This document shows, one piece after another, positions 25,712 through 38,589 of a stretch of 64,000 bases of DNA; the stretch's first letter is position 1, and each line of letters begins with the position of its first letter. A program made the translations under genes and the position numbers. Below the pieces are notes generated by a model. The model was not told where the DNA came from. It did not search any database and worked only from the letters and a program-made list of their open reading frames with translations. The stretch covers positions 252,920 to 316,919 of the forward strand of contig RDEW01000006.1 in NCBI GenBank assembly GCA_011109175.1, written 5' to 3'. This DNA is from Dicyema japonicum (lineage: Eukaryota > Animalia > Dicyemida).

Positions 25712-25914
25712 GAGCATGCAGTCCGCTGAGACATCTTTATGCATCCGAGGTGAAAAAAGTCACCGCAAGACGAGCAGAAAAGTCCATATTTGCGTGCATT
25801 AGCATAACCGCATGAAGAGCATGTAGTGTCCAGTCTTTTGGGTGTAATGTGTGTTACTCCATTATATGAACGACCCTCCATGATTATACAATTACTCACC
25901 ATCAAGACCACCAA
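25712..25914 (-). other. Truncated PHD-type zinc finger fragment, fused in frame to the R4-like piece
   Basis: CSSC-x11-CSSC-x4-H-x2-C pattern (TCSSCGYANARKYGLFCSSCGDFFHLGC); the final CxxC is cut by the junction. Confidence 0.6.
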
Positions 25915-26214
25915 ATAATTCTAATTATACTTTAGTTAAATTATTTAGTAAGGGGAGATTATTTAGCAAAATACTCACATCTCGTTGTTAGTAAACTCTG
26001 TGCGGGAGAAAACGATAGCATGTTATTAATTTAGAAACAGATCACTAAAAACAATGAACTTAATGAAACGCTATAGCAATTGAAGAATATTTTCTATTCA
26101 AATAATATAACACAATGACACACTATTAGCAATTGAAGTAAATTATCAATTCTTAAATAAATTGAAGTAGAATATTTATTTATCCCCGGTCCTTCAAGTA
26201 AGGAAATTGGTGAC

Positions 26215-26460
26215 TAACAAAAACGTGACTACCATTCGTGGACGTCACCAGAGATCCAAAAGGTTGATCCCATGAGGAGAGGACACGAGATAAGGTGATT
26301 TGTCCAGTGGTCATCAAGTATGCATGAGTGGATACTTTGATTGACGCTCATGTACAGGTAGACGTTGAGACCACGTGCCGAACACAGCAGAGTTACAGCA
26401 CACTCTAGAAAAGATGCATTTTCAATAGCATCTTCAAAGTCCGATCGAACGAGAGACAAC
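26215..26460 (-). mobile_element. Jockey/I-like LINE 3' fragment
   Basis: LNVYLY..NHLISCP and DLW*RP match the C-terminal knuckle and DLWxxP motif also seen at 35200. Confidence 0.5.
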
Positions 26461-26639
26461 TCATCCTCAACTCCTCAGAGATCAATCCAACGTCAAAATA
26501 GAACGTTTAAATCCTTTGGTCCCACGTTACTTTACTGCAAGAATTTTCCCCGAAACCAGTTTATAGACAGAAGATGAAGACTCAACCGATACTTCAAAAT
26601 CTCCAATTGAGGGGTAAATTGATCCAATAAATCCCACTA

Positions 26640-26800
26640 TAATTAACCAATCAAAAAACGCGAAAACTGTTATCATAATAAACGAGCCAATCACAATAAA
26701 TTGCAATGTAGACTTGCAAACCGCCCATCTGACTGGGGTTTCTAACCACGTGGTTATAAAAGGTACTGGCAGAACATAAATGCGTAGTCATCTCAAAAAA
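26640..26800 (+). promoter_or_regulatory. Pol II promoter-like motif cluster with no recognised downstream gene
   Basis: CCAATCA at 26647 and 26687, CCGCCC at 26721, palindrome AACCACGTGGTT at 26744-26755, TATAAAAG at 26755. Confidence 0.3.
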
Positions 26801-27641
26801 TCCGTTGGAGTGAGAAATCATAAAATGCAAAACCGGTTGATTTACTCATAGCTCGGTAAATTTTATAAAAACGGTGTAAAATGGCTAAAAATTACAAAAG
26901 CATTACTTTAAATAAAATAGATCGGCTTTTCTGGATGAAGAAATTAAGGAGAACGGCATGCAAATGAGCACGTGGAAGTAAATCTATGTGATTCTGCATT
27001 TTCGAGTAGAGTATGAATATGGGTTCCCGTAATTATATTATTGAGACACATAACTTGAGGGAACTCAATTTGGAACTATTATAAAGTTTTTGAAAATGAA
27101 GAGTCTTATTAAGTCCTTGTAATCTGAAGGCTTTCGAGCAGGTTAGTGGAAATGTGGTTTATTCGACTATAATTTCGTTGAAATCTATAATTTAACTTTG
27201 GATTGAATTATACCTTCACTTTCAAGGAAAAAAAGATGCTCATCAATATCACATTTTATTTATTAATTTATTAACCTCGTATGTTAAAGTAAACAACTAA
27301 TTAAGTGTATCCAGTTTCCACTTCTACACAAACAGAGTTTATCCGGAATCAACATAAAGGGTAAAAGACGTCCATACTTGCAGTTGTGGAAACCCCTACC
27401 AGTAGAGTGTGGGAGACCAAATGATCATTTTTCGCGCCAGCCAGATACTGGGAGCCACCTATACAGGTGGATTACATGACGCCACTCTAATAGGAAGGGA
27501 AATGGGAGGAACAAACAAAACAAGCAGAAAACTTCAACCAATTAGCCACGTAGCACCAAATGGCGCACGATCACAATTCATTTGAATTTATTTTTTTTAA
27601 TAAAATTTATTAAACAATACTAATAAAAAATAAAAAATTAA

Positions 27642-28895
27642 TGTCGGTGATTCTTGGTTTTTAAATAAATAAAATAATAATTAATGGAGAGTTCCAGCCA
27701 TCAATTCCTCTTGAAACCTTGATACGAATGAACCATGGAAAGCACCGTCGTGTCCGCGAAGATCCAGTCACTTGGCCGATACATGCTTGTGTGGGGTCAA
27801 GGGAGGAGCATCGGCCAAGATGAGGTCCCTGCTATAGCGTGCTGGGATCACGTGATTAGTTAGTTTGTGATCTCTGGTGTTATTATTATTATCCGCAAAA
27901 CTAACGGATTCATTTCATATCATGTGAGTCATCCACTTGTGAGAAAACTGTCTACAAAGAATCAATAATCATTAATATGCAATAAGTAACGAATCCAATA
28001 ATTTTTTGCATAAAGAATAATCATTAATCTTGGAACTTTTACCTCGAACTTAATTATGTTTCCCAAGCAGGGCTTCATGCGTATCTCAAGATATACCTTG
28101 ATGACTTCCCTATCCAAGTTGGTAGAAATGCCACGATTTTCGATTTTACTTCCACCGGATCATCGCTCCGACGATAAAAAGGTTTGCCTTTCCTCTTCGA
28201 GGATCGAGAAAATCAACTCAAACTAAAGGAAAAAATTCCATCTTCTTTCATTGTCAGAGAGTGAGAACCACTGCTGTAACGGTGGAATTTTGGTGAAACA
28301 TTCTAAAAGAATTCTTAAATTGTTAAAACCTGGGAGCTCCTAATTATTCGGCTTAAAAACTTTCTCAGTTATCTGCTTGATTTGCTCGAGCACCTATGCT
28401 GATGGTTAGAGAAAACTCATTGTCCACAAGCGAGGAAAAGTAGTGCTCAACAATATTTACTGCAAATAAATAGTCAACTCTGCGTTATCTCAGATTCTTA
28501 ATAGCAATGAAAATATCTGTGGTCACTTTTAATTTCATCGTAACTATTGGGAAACTTATAGAAGTGAATGAAGGTTTTTGAGTTCCCTTCAAGAGGAGCT
28601 TCCCGTTCATCAGTAACTGATACATGTCGTGATTCTTGGTTAAGTAAATAAAATAATAATTTTCAAGGCTATGTAATATTCCTAATTCACCAGATCTTCA
28701 AATAAGGTCTATAAGTGTATTATTAAAAGAACAACACGAGAAATATTAGTTACCGATATTAAAATTTTTTGGTTTAAACAGATTTGCTCGACCGCTGACA
28801 AGTTCCCTTTGAAATTGAATTATTGGGAGAGATTCATATCTCCATCCTTCCTTACTATTAATATAAAGTGATTTTTAATAACCAAGAATCACCGA
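27642..28895. repeat. Candidate TIR motif present three times
   Basis: tcggtgattcttggtt (27644-27659) is the exact reverse complement of 28880-28895; a near-identical direct copy lies at 28627-28641. Confidence 0.5.
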
Positions 28896-28999
28896 AAAAT
28901 TAAGAGGAAATACACGGCCGTCGGTTTTCGCGGTCTACTTAAGGTATGTGACCTGATGGCGGAGCGGGTACCATCTCCAATTAACTTCGAGCTAAAATT

Positions 29000-29820
29000 T
29001 GTCTCGAGACTGAAAATTTCGACTACCTTTTCGAACCAATTGTATCCCGCGTATGGTTAGAAGATGTAGGGCAACTACGGATATGTGTTCTTCCCATAAA
29101 AGAACGAATGTTGGTCCTCGTGATGGCAGCGAGGATCAATTGAGGAGACTTTGCTGCTGATATCTGAACAGGCTAAATGAAAATTCTCGGATATTCTTTG
29201 GAACGCTGTTCATAGTTACCATCCCACAACCAGTTAGACGAGAACAGTTTGATTAACTCAATGAGAGTGTGGTTGAGAGTTGTATGAATTATAGTGGAGG
29301 ATGAGAATCGGATGATTAAAACTTCGATTATAAGAGAGGTTGCTGCTTCTAGGATTTTGAAGGTTGCTGATTTTCCGCATCAACTGCTCCCAACATGTCC
29401 TGAAGGATTACAATTGATTTAATCGATCTCAGAATGTAGTCAACTTAATTTTAATTTGGAATTAAATTAAGAAATTTAATCTCGTGTGCTTTTAACGGTG
29501 TGATGTGTGTCAAGATTCGCAATTACAAAAAAAATAAAGAACAAAGGGGGTCTGGAGTTGCCAGCGAAATCAGAAAAAAGTTTATGACTTTAGAGTAGGT
29601 GACTTGGGCACGTGCTATCTAAATAAAGGTCCGGTTATGCAAGACTATGGAACCAATCCAATTCTGTCCTGAAAAAAATTCAAGAAACCATATGGAAAAG
29701 ATACCATAATTATTAGAAGTTGGGATATCGCCTCGTTTATGGCGCATTAAGAATCGGCCACTGCTGTCTCGACAAGAGGGGGTGAAGCCCTTAGGATAAA
29801 CTGCCATGGACATCAAATGT
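29000..29820 (-). mobile_element. Degenerate LINE fragments (APE start and C-terminal piece)
   Basis: KGFTPSCRDSSG resembles APE GYxxxRxDR; DISSKVSSIDPR resembles PxISxxExxLPR. Weak. Confidence 0.35.
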
Positions 29821-30469
29821 CGATATGGAATACTTTACACGATTTAGTGAAAATTCCTAGACATCCCCGTAAAACAATTTCTGAAGATATGTAAAAGAAG
29901 ACTGGAAGTCAACCTTGATTTTGTAATATTGCATAGATAATTTAAAATTGAAAGAGTATGACCTTCAAAATAGTCATGTTAATTAAGGGGGTGACAGTTA
30001 TATAAATAGTTGTTCGGGTCGCCTTCGTTAGGTATTCATTACTATTCTTGTCTTCCACCGTTTCTTCCCTTTCATGTTCGTCTTCTTAGTGAGAATCTAT
30101 GTCTCCTTAGTTAACAGTTTCATCTTTATCTTAGTAGTTCGTTGATAGGGGAGCAGCAGGGATATTCTCGGAGTCCTTATATATTTCCGTTAATGGTTGG
30201 TGTGAAATAAGTTTCGATTGTACCGAAGATGTCCAAACGTAGGATAAAAGTTTCAAAAAAGAGAGTATTTGTTGTCATAACGACATTGATAATGTCGACA
30301 AGGGATATGAAAAGATGCAATCGATTCTGAGGAGAGGGGATACTGCGGCTAAAAGCAGAAAATGCGACAACTTTTGCGAGTCAAGAGATCCACGGAAACT
30401 CAAAAGCCGGTCACTTTAAGAAATCAAAAAAAATACACTAAATTTTTTAATAAAAATTAATTGTGCTAT

Positions 30470-31460
30470 TTAGCAAAGATTGTAAAGTTCAAAGACTATT
30501 CTTGGAATTGATCTCACCAGAGCTTTCGACAAGTCCGTCGAGGAAAACTCATTGAAGTGCTGAAAAGTTTACTACATCAGGACGCGTTCACCCTAATACG
30601 AATAGTCCTATCAGACACGTGGTTGCGAGTGCGTATTGGAAACTACATGTCAGGAAAAATGTGACAACAGTGGGCAAACTTCAAAGAGACTCCCTCTCCA
30701 CGTTATTATTCGATGTATACCATGAATCTGCTCTGAGATCCCAGCGAGGATAATGTGAAAATTGTTTACACAATAATGTTGCCTTTGTCTCAAGTAACAA
30801 AGAAGCACTTCGACGTCTCCTGGAAGTAGCATCAGACTGCCTGGCCAACTGGTCTATATTAATGAACACTAATGGTGCCACGCAATACCAAAAGCTTGAA
30901 GAAGACCATAATGCTTGGCTGACTTCTTGGGGACTCCGATGACATTGCGAGAAGGAAATTTATATATTCAAAGATATCTAGTCTGTTCATCACTTCGCTT
31001 CAGGTTGTATGAGACTTTCGTAAAACAGATCGTTACGTACAACATTGAAACATGAGGATTCTCGAAAACCGACGGACAAAGGGTCTACTCCTTTCATAGA
31101 AAGCTAATGTGGTCTCTCTTGGGACTAAAGTGGTCAAAGCATGTAAAGAGTGAACCATTGTACAAAAGATGCTATTCTGGACTCCTGAGCACCCTGATCA
31201 TGCAAATACGCTGAAAACTGTTTGGTCACATTCTAAGAATAGAGCGAGACAAGCCAGCAAACATCATTATGGAAGAATTCTTCAAAATATCTGGGGAAAA
31301 GTTCTGAGGTCGTCCGCTTAAACGCGTCCCAAGTCCATAATGGTGATTAGAAGCCAGTAAACATAGCACTAAAGGACGGTGAAGACCTCAGAATTCTGCG
31401 GAGTCTGGCATCGAACAGGAGAGGGTGGAAGAAACTAAATAAAACTCCTAGAATTGATTT
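30470..31460 (+). mobile_element. RTE-like LINE RT/3' fragment (same family as 7440-9750)
   Basis: IDLTRAFD, IRIVLSDTWLRVRIGNY and EDLRILRSLASNRRGWKKL. Confidence 0.7.
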
Positions 31461-31699
31461 AGTGAGGTAAGTTTTTTTTCCAATCTCACATGTTTTTATC
31501 TTCTCAAAGTTGACATAGCCTCTCCTTATTGATAGACTCAGATGACTTCCAGATACTCAATTTTCAATACTAAAATATAATAACTGGCCTATCTGTTCAT
31601 GAGGAGCCCTTCCCCCGCAGAAGATCACATACGTAAATTATTATTATTCCATATAATATGACTGTAATTCTGGATGGTCGACAAACTTAGCTCCTTACT

Positions 31700-32530
31700 T
31701 GAGAAGACTCTACTCGTTTTACTGAGTTGAATTGGCCTAGCCGAAGAGCTATTCAAACGCGGATTTTATTCCCGTCAAGCAGAGTACCAACTTCCTGTAC
31801 AGGAAAGGTATTGAGCCAGGACTAAAAATTCTCAGCAGACGCTGCATTCAGATATGTGAGACGATGAATATCTGCGGATCTTCTATGTTAATTTAGCTTG
31901 TTTTCACAAATGACTTTATCCCAGTTCTTTGAGATCAAGTGCTTCCAAGTCCGTTTGCTGTCCACTGCTGTAGTTGGTCAATCACAGCTTTAGGTTCGGA
32001 GGAACTTTCGAATAAAAATCTTTCCAATAAGAAGCTTCATTGGGACTGTGACGAAAGCCTTGTTTATGTCGATTGATACCATTATAGTTCGTATGTGTGG
32101 TGGGGTGGCATTAGATCCAGCGGTTATTAATTGGGATAGTGTGGTTAAATGAGTGGTGGACCTTCTCAGGAAGAAAGCCATGTTGAAAAGCGGCTTGTGG
32201 GAGGTCAGGAGTAATTGCGGATTGTACTAGTTTTTCAAGAAGTTTTGATAATGTGCTGGGTAGGGAGATTTGCATGCATGAAGTAGGTTCTCTTTCCGGT
32301 TTTCCAGGCTTTTAAACTGATTTGACAACATAGTTCTTCCAAATCTTGGGATAATATTAAAGTTAGTGCACAGGTTAAATACTTGCTTGAGGTATCCAAT
32401 TGCATAGTGGCTTAGGTGTTTTAGGTGAATCGAAGATATTTTGTCAAGGACCGTCAGTTTTATGAGACCTGTTTTTTTGAGAATAGCTCTAGATAAGGTT
32501 CCTCTTCGGTTTATGGGCACGTACTTTGAT
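31700..32530 (-). mobile_element. Jockey/I-like LINE RT fragments
   Basis: DKISSIHLKHL..LKQVFNL and RRSTT..ITAG.N..PP..TIMVSIDINKAF. Confidence 0.7.
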
Positions 32531-32829
32531 GTCCGTGGGAAATGTCTACACTTGATATATTCGCTGCTAAAAATTCATTAGCAAAACTGTTCGACAACCT
32601 AATAAAGAAACGACATAATGTCCAGTGAAGATTAGTTATGCACAAATATATTACTCAGCACAGAAGACCATTTTAAGTCATCTCTGATTTTTAATAATAA
32701 GCAAATCCCACAAAAAAACAATATGATATATTGAGACTCATTATCATTTTTATTTCACAGATATGGGATAATTCTCTGAGATTCATTTTTTGACGTATTT
32801 TTTATTTTGCAAATCATTCCTTTTTCTTC

Positions 32830-33420
32830 TGAAGATACACATTACAAGCCATATTACAAGACAGTCATTGGTGCTGCTTTCATGTGAAGACACATATCAC
32901 AAGGGCCATTTTGCAAGACGATCCGTAGATACACATTACAAGGGCCATACTACAAAACGAAGGAACCTATTTACTCCGAGTGAATCTCCTAAAGGCAAAT
33001 AAACATATTACAAACGAAGGAACTCATTACATGGTCGAGAAACATATCACAAGTCTGAAGGATTTGTTCACAATTACGAAGGAACCCATTATATTATGGA
33101 TAAGCATATCAAGTCGGAAAGTTTATTCACAATTATGAAGAAACCTATTGAAAGGGAAGTAGACGAAGGATCAAAATCTCTGGATATTTTCCAAGTTGGA
33201 CCTGGTACCCACAACAATTGAATCCCTACATTCGAATTCGGGTCTACACGGAACATTGTCATCGTGCAGACTTTGATCCCTACAGGACCTGGGACTATCG
33301 TAGATGTACATACTAGAGTTGGGACCTACCGGGGACCCATACCAAATGTTCCCTACATTCGAATTGGGTTCTACGCAAGACTTTGTTAACCACATTATTG
33401 GTCCCTAGAAGGCGGCTTGG
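32830..33420. repeat. Degenerate minisatellite (~57-62-bp units) followed by a ~127-bp imperfect direct repeat
   Basis: a(c/t)gaag(g/a)aac at 32957, 33014, 33076 and 33135; ccctacattcgaatt at ~33224 and ~33351. Confidence 0.6.
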
Positions 33421-33934
33421 GACTACTGTGGAAAAAAACATACTGGGGAAGGGACCTACTAAGGGAGAATTAACTGGAGATGGGCTTACTAGCTTTGTAA
33501 CTACTACGCTCTGAATATAAGGGCAGGATTCATGGGATCCAACACTAGGACGATATTCAACCAACGATAGAAGATAACTAAATGGAGTGTGGATACATCG
33601 GAAGTGTCCAGGCCGCATAGGCGGACACGTATAAATATCCTAAAAATAACTCCTTACTTACTTTGGAATAAATTTGGTTTGTTTCGAAACATTTTGAACT
33701 TTTGACTTTGTTACGTTTTCAATCCTTTTGATGATGTGCAGTTGTTCAATATTTGTGGTTATCATGGATATATTGTGATTCCTTTGGTTTCATTAAGACT
33801 CCTGTAACCACATGTTTTGGACTGATAAGTTTGACTTATCAGCCCGGACACGAAGATGGCCCCGGGTTCTCATACTATACGACAATAATTAAGCACTACC
33901 GTGTGCCATAAGCATGTAAGATGCCTAGGGTTTC

Positions 33935-34040
33935 GCTCGGGCAAACACACACTTTATTTAAGTAAAGAACAGTTATTATAACTAATCGTAGAGGTAGAAC
34001 CAAGGAATGATCTTCACTTCTTTGTTTTTTCTTTTTCTTG
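33935..34040 (-). mobile_element. Isolated 3' half of the tRNA-derived SINE
   Basis: The A-rich linker plus gaagtgaagatcattccttggttctac..gattagtta..taactgttctttacttaaataaagtgtgtgt matches 49255-49338 and 61515-61600; there is no tRNA head. Confidence 0.8.
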
Positions 34041-34044
34041 TTAT

Positions 34045-34240
34045 TGAAAACCTTACCTTCTTCCTACCATCCAATTTCATTGATGTGCACAGTATCGCGC
34101 CTAATGGAGAAACCCCATTTGCCCGACTGCCACTATCAGCATGGTTTCAAATGTGAGCGTTCAACTACGACTTATTTGAATTCACTGTTTCAATTTATTT
34201 CAGAGAAGAGAAGTTTGGTATGTTCAAATCGATTGCAAAC
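34045..34240 (+). mobile_element. LINE RT N-terminal fragment
   Basis: PSSYHPISLMCTVSRLMEK and YQHGFKCERSTT. Confidence 0.7.
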
Positions 34241-34742
34241 TTGAAAAGTTTGGCCCAGTCAAAGTTTTCAAAATTAAGCCCTCTATGAATTTTGATCCAG
34301 GTAATAATGCATACATCACAAAAATCTCTAATTTTAGAGTTTATTAAATGAAATTTGTGTCCAAATTAATCGAGTAAAATCCATGCCTCGTGTATTGCAC
34401 AGAAATCTACCAACAAAGTCCCCTTCCAACTTCTCAACAAAGAAGTTCTCTTGGGGATTTACTCTTCAATATGGCAATATATCAATTCCTCTGATAATCG
34501 TAAGATTGATTATTGGCCTTTAACTTTTATTTAGTTCAGATTATCATTATCACTATATTCGAACTTTTACATTATCGTATGAAAACCAAGTTTATGTTCA
34601 TTTTTTGAAGACAGCTAATAGGATGTCAAATCATAGTTGTAATCGAGTTTTCAAATAGAGCAAAAAATAAAAAACGTTGACTGATTGCGTTAGAAAAATA
34701 TTGCAAAGATTGTACATGCTGAGAACAGTTCACTTCAAAATA

Positions 34743-35300
34743 TAATGAAAATGATCGTCGTCGGTACAGGAAAGCCGTGGGTACTCTGAAGGAACATAGG
34801 AAAAACCTCTCCATCCTATTGAGGTGTACTGGGATCACTTTTTAGTTGGTTTACTCCTTCTTTCTGGGTGTTCCCCAGTTCACGCTCTGCTAAGTAACAA
34901 TAACCGCAGATACATACTCAGGACCCTTTTTGACTTACAAAGAGCCTTGTCGAAGATCACCCCCCTCAAGAAGACTCAACTTGGACCCGCCGAATCCATG
35001 ATTTCATCTCAACACGGGTCATTAGGACACTTCAATAAAACAAAGTCTTGGAGCGCTTCCCCCCTGATATCAGTCCAACGGAACAATCGCTCCCGAGGAA
35101 GATCAGAATCGGACTGGCTCGCCTACGATGTGGACACCACCTTTTTCTGGCTGGCAGAGTAGTTCGGGACCTTTTTCCCTCCCCTGGAACACCGGATGCA
35201 AAAGTCGAGGATCTCTGGGAGCGGCCTGTCCGGACTGCACGCTCTCTGATGGTCGCCGGCTTCCCACTTGCTGGCGAAGTCGGGGTTAATAATTTAATTT
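34743..35300 (+). mobile_element. Jockey/I-like LINE C-terminal fragments
   Basis: PPDISPTEQSLPRKIRIGLARLRCGH and DLWERP. Confidence 0.65.
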
Positions 35301-36189
35301 ATTTAATTTTCTGGGTGTTCCCTTTTCTGGGTTGCTAAATAAATAATAATGTGGTTCACAATTTATGTAAGCGTTCACTTCATGTTTGCATCAAAACGAC
35401 CATTCGCTTGCTACCATCTGAAGGAATTTTCTGATACTAACTGTCGGAAGAAAATTGTAAAACAGATCAGAGATGACTGAGAATCCAATGGATGATATTA
35501 TTCCTGAGAATAATTTTGATGCTGACGACATAATATTTGGAATACATATAGTTTGGAAGAAAAGTATAGCCAAGAGAATATAGGGACAAATCAAATAGTG
35601 AAAATAATCCATATTTACAGGTTACCAAAATATACAAAATATATTAGACATTTTGACAACAACCTTCAACACTATTTGATGAATCCAATAGGTAATATTG
35701 AAGAAAATGTATGGCAAATCAACAGAATATGAAAAAAATATAAACACGAAAAACCAACCACAGGAATGAAGAAAATGTATGACAATACAACGGAATATGT
35801 AAAGAATATAAACAAAATCAACCACCACAGGAATGTGGCAACAACATGCCAAATAATATCAATTGTATTAATAGGTTCGCCATATTGTAAAACAATTTTT
35901 AAAAATAAATAAGTATTAATTTCATATAAATTAGTTAAAATCTGACTTTAATAAATAAATCTAACTATAATTTTTGTCGCTTCAGTGTTGTACAGAAATT
36001 TCTATCTTTCGTTAAAATTTTGTGAAGAATCGTAAATTTCCTTTCCACTTCACAAAATTGTTGCCTGGATTCCATTAACAATGAATGATCAAACGGCATA
36101 ATTACTATTTCAATGAATTACATAATTGTTGAAATATCTTTTTTGATTCTTTTGCTTAAATATTTTCAAATATTTTCAAATTTTCAATT

Positions 36190-38210
36190 ACGGACCTAAT
36201 CAGAAAAAATGGTTAACGGCGACATCCCAAAATATGCCAGAGAATTGCTCTTCTCTGCAAGGCTACTTGCTTTCAAAAAACCCCAACGGAGGAATCCGCC
36301 CATTGCGGTCGGGAACTATTTTAGAAGACTTGCAGCAAAAGTAGCATCGACCATGGTGAGCCGACAACTCGGAGAGGAGTTCTTTCCTAAAACAAATGGG
36401 GTGTTTAGTACCCAGAACGGATGTGAAGTTGCGATTCATGCAGCAAGGCGTTTCTTCACACAGAAAAATATTTCAAAATGAATGCATTGGAATCAAGTTG
36501 GACATAACGAATGCCTTTAATTCTCTAAGAAGAGACGAAATTATGAAAACGTGTTGGAAGAGGGCTCCAAAGCTTTTCCCTCTTTTCAATCTATCCTATG
36601 GGGAAGATACGTCTTTGGTTTTTGAAAATGAAATTATTAAATCAAAAACGGGTGTACAACAAGGAGATCCGCTCGGACCTCTATTATTTGCCTTGACCAT
36701 TGATGAGGTTGTGAGTTCAATTGATGCTCAGCTAAATCTCTGGTACCTCGATGATGCCACAATTGGAGGATCGTTCAAAGAAACATACAATTCATTACGT
36801 AAAGCGTTACCCGCTTTAAAACATTTGGGCTTGGACATCAATGTTAACAAATCAGAGCTAATAAATGTCTCATATCCATACACCGACTTCCTCTCTATCA
36901 AGGAGTCTTTTAACGAACTGCTTCCTGGGATCCCGACTGTGCCAGTTGATAAATTATATTTCCTCGGATGCCCACTCAGCGAAGAAGAACTCAAGAACCA
37001 TCTACTTTCCAAAAATGAAGAATTAACACGCCTTGCGAAAAGATTGTCATGTCTCGACTCTCACACATCTTTCTTCCTGATGAGAAACAACATCGGACTA
37101 CCCAAGCTTTTATATCTACTCCGATGTTCACCCTGCTACGAACAATATGACATTCTACTTTCAATAGACAAGTCTCTCAAGCAAACAGTCGAGTCACTAA
37201 TTAACGTCCGCTTCGACGAACTTGGTTGGAAACAATGTAAGCTTCCCTCTGGATTTGGGGGTGTCGGAATGAGATCGGCGCTGGAGGTTGCGTACCCGGC
37301 ATACCTATCTCTCTCAAGCTGCAGCCATTTGACACGGCAAGTCCTTCATAACACAATTGGACTTCGCTGGAATGAGTCATTTGACGAAGCTTGTCGGAAA
37401 TGGAACGGGTCCGGACTCAAAATCCCGAAGACACAACGAAGCAAAAATTGGGATGACATTGTCTGCTCCAAAATTTTGGAAGACCTTAAAAAGAAGCAAA
37501 TCAACATCGTCTGGCTTGTTTGGTGTCAGCTTCAAGTAGAGGGAGTGGAGCATGGCTTGGTGCAATACCTTGCCCAAACCTCGGGACCTTTTTGGACGAC
37601 GATTCTTTGAGGATTGGAATCGGACAAAGGCTGGGACTAGACGTTTGCCAGGAGCACCGATGCCGATGCGGGAAAACAGTCGATGCGAAAGGATTGCACC
37701 CGCTGTCCTGCAGAAGAAGCGCCGGAAGGGGACCACGTCATGCTGCTCTGAATGATGTGATCGTCAGAGCTCTGAAGGCTTCAGGCTTCCCAGCACAGCT
37801 TGAACCAGTGGGTCTTGATCGAGGAGATGGGAAGAGACCTGACGGGATGACCCTTTTCCCCTTCACGTCTGGAAGATCTTTGGTCTGGGACGCAACTTGC
37901 ATAGACACGTTCTCAAGCACGAACATTTTTAAATCTGTTCAGACACCTGGAGCAGCTGCTTCGACTGCGGAAAACCTAAAAATCAAGAAATATTCTTGCC
38001 TCGGGGATCGCTACCGATTTACTCCTGTTGCGACCGAATCATCGGGAGCCGTTGGTCCAATGACGGCTGAATTCTTGCAAGAACTCGGAGGATTGCTTGC
38101 CAGAAAGAAAAGGGATCAACGAGAAGGGTTATGGCTAAGACAAAAGATTGGAATAGCCATACTCCGAGGGAACTCGTTCGCAATCCACGCAGCAGGCTTC
38201 CTCAACTGAC
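36190..38210 (+). mobile_element. CRE-like RLE retrotransposon, 5'-truncated, RT + CCHC + RLE almost intact
   Basis: PIAVGNYFRRLAAK, LDITNAFNS, GVQQGDPLGPLLF, WYLDDATIGG, CRCG..HPLSC, DGKRPDG, WDATCIDTF, ENLKIKKY and IAILRGN. Only four 1-bp indels disrupt the frame. Confidence 0.92.
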
Positions 38211-38589
38211 ATTTGTTTAATTGTTAAAAATATTTTTTTAAAAAAAAAAATTTACAGAAATCTTCTTAAAATCAGCATTCTTTAAAAAACAATATGCCTT
38301 TGATATTGTTAAATATTTTGATTTAATTTCATTTAAAATATTCGTTAATAAATTATATTCCTGGTTTGTGCGGAGACGTGCGAGGAAGAAAGTTTTATGG
38401 CGAAACTGGTAGAACGGATAGTACATAGGACGGCACTAGCGGAAATCTAAGTATTCATAGGCTTATGGGTAACGTATGAGTGCACTTAACTAACTTAAGA
38501 ACAGATGAGAGAAGAGCTAAGAGTCGCATAGATTGTCCCAACCCGTTTCTCCGAAAGATAAGTTCAAGGTCCTTTCTAATAACTCTGAT

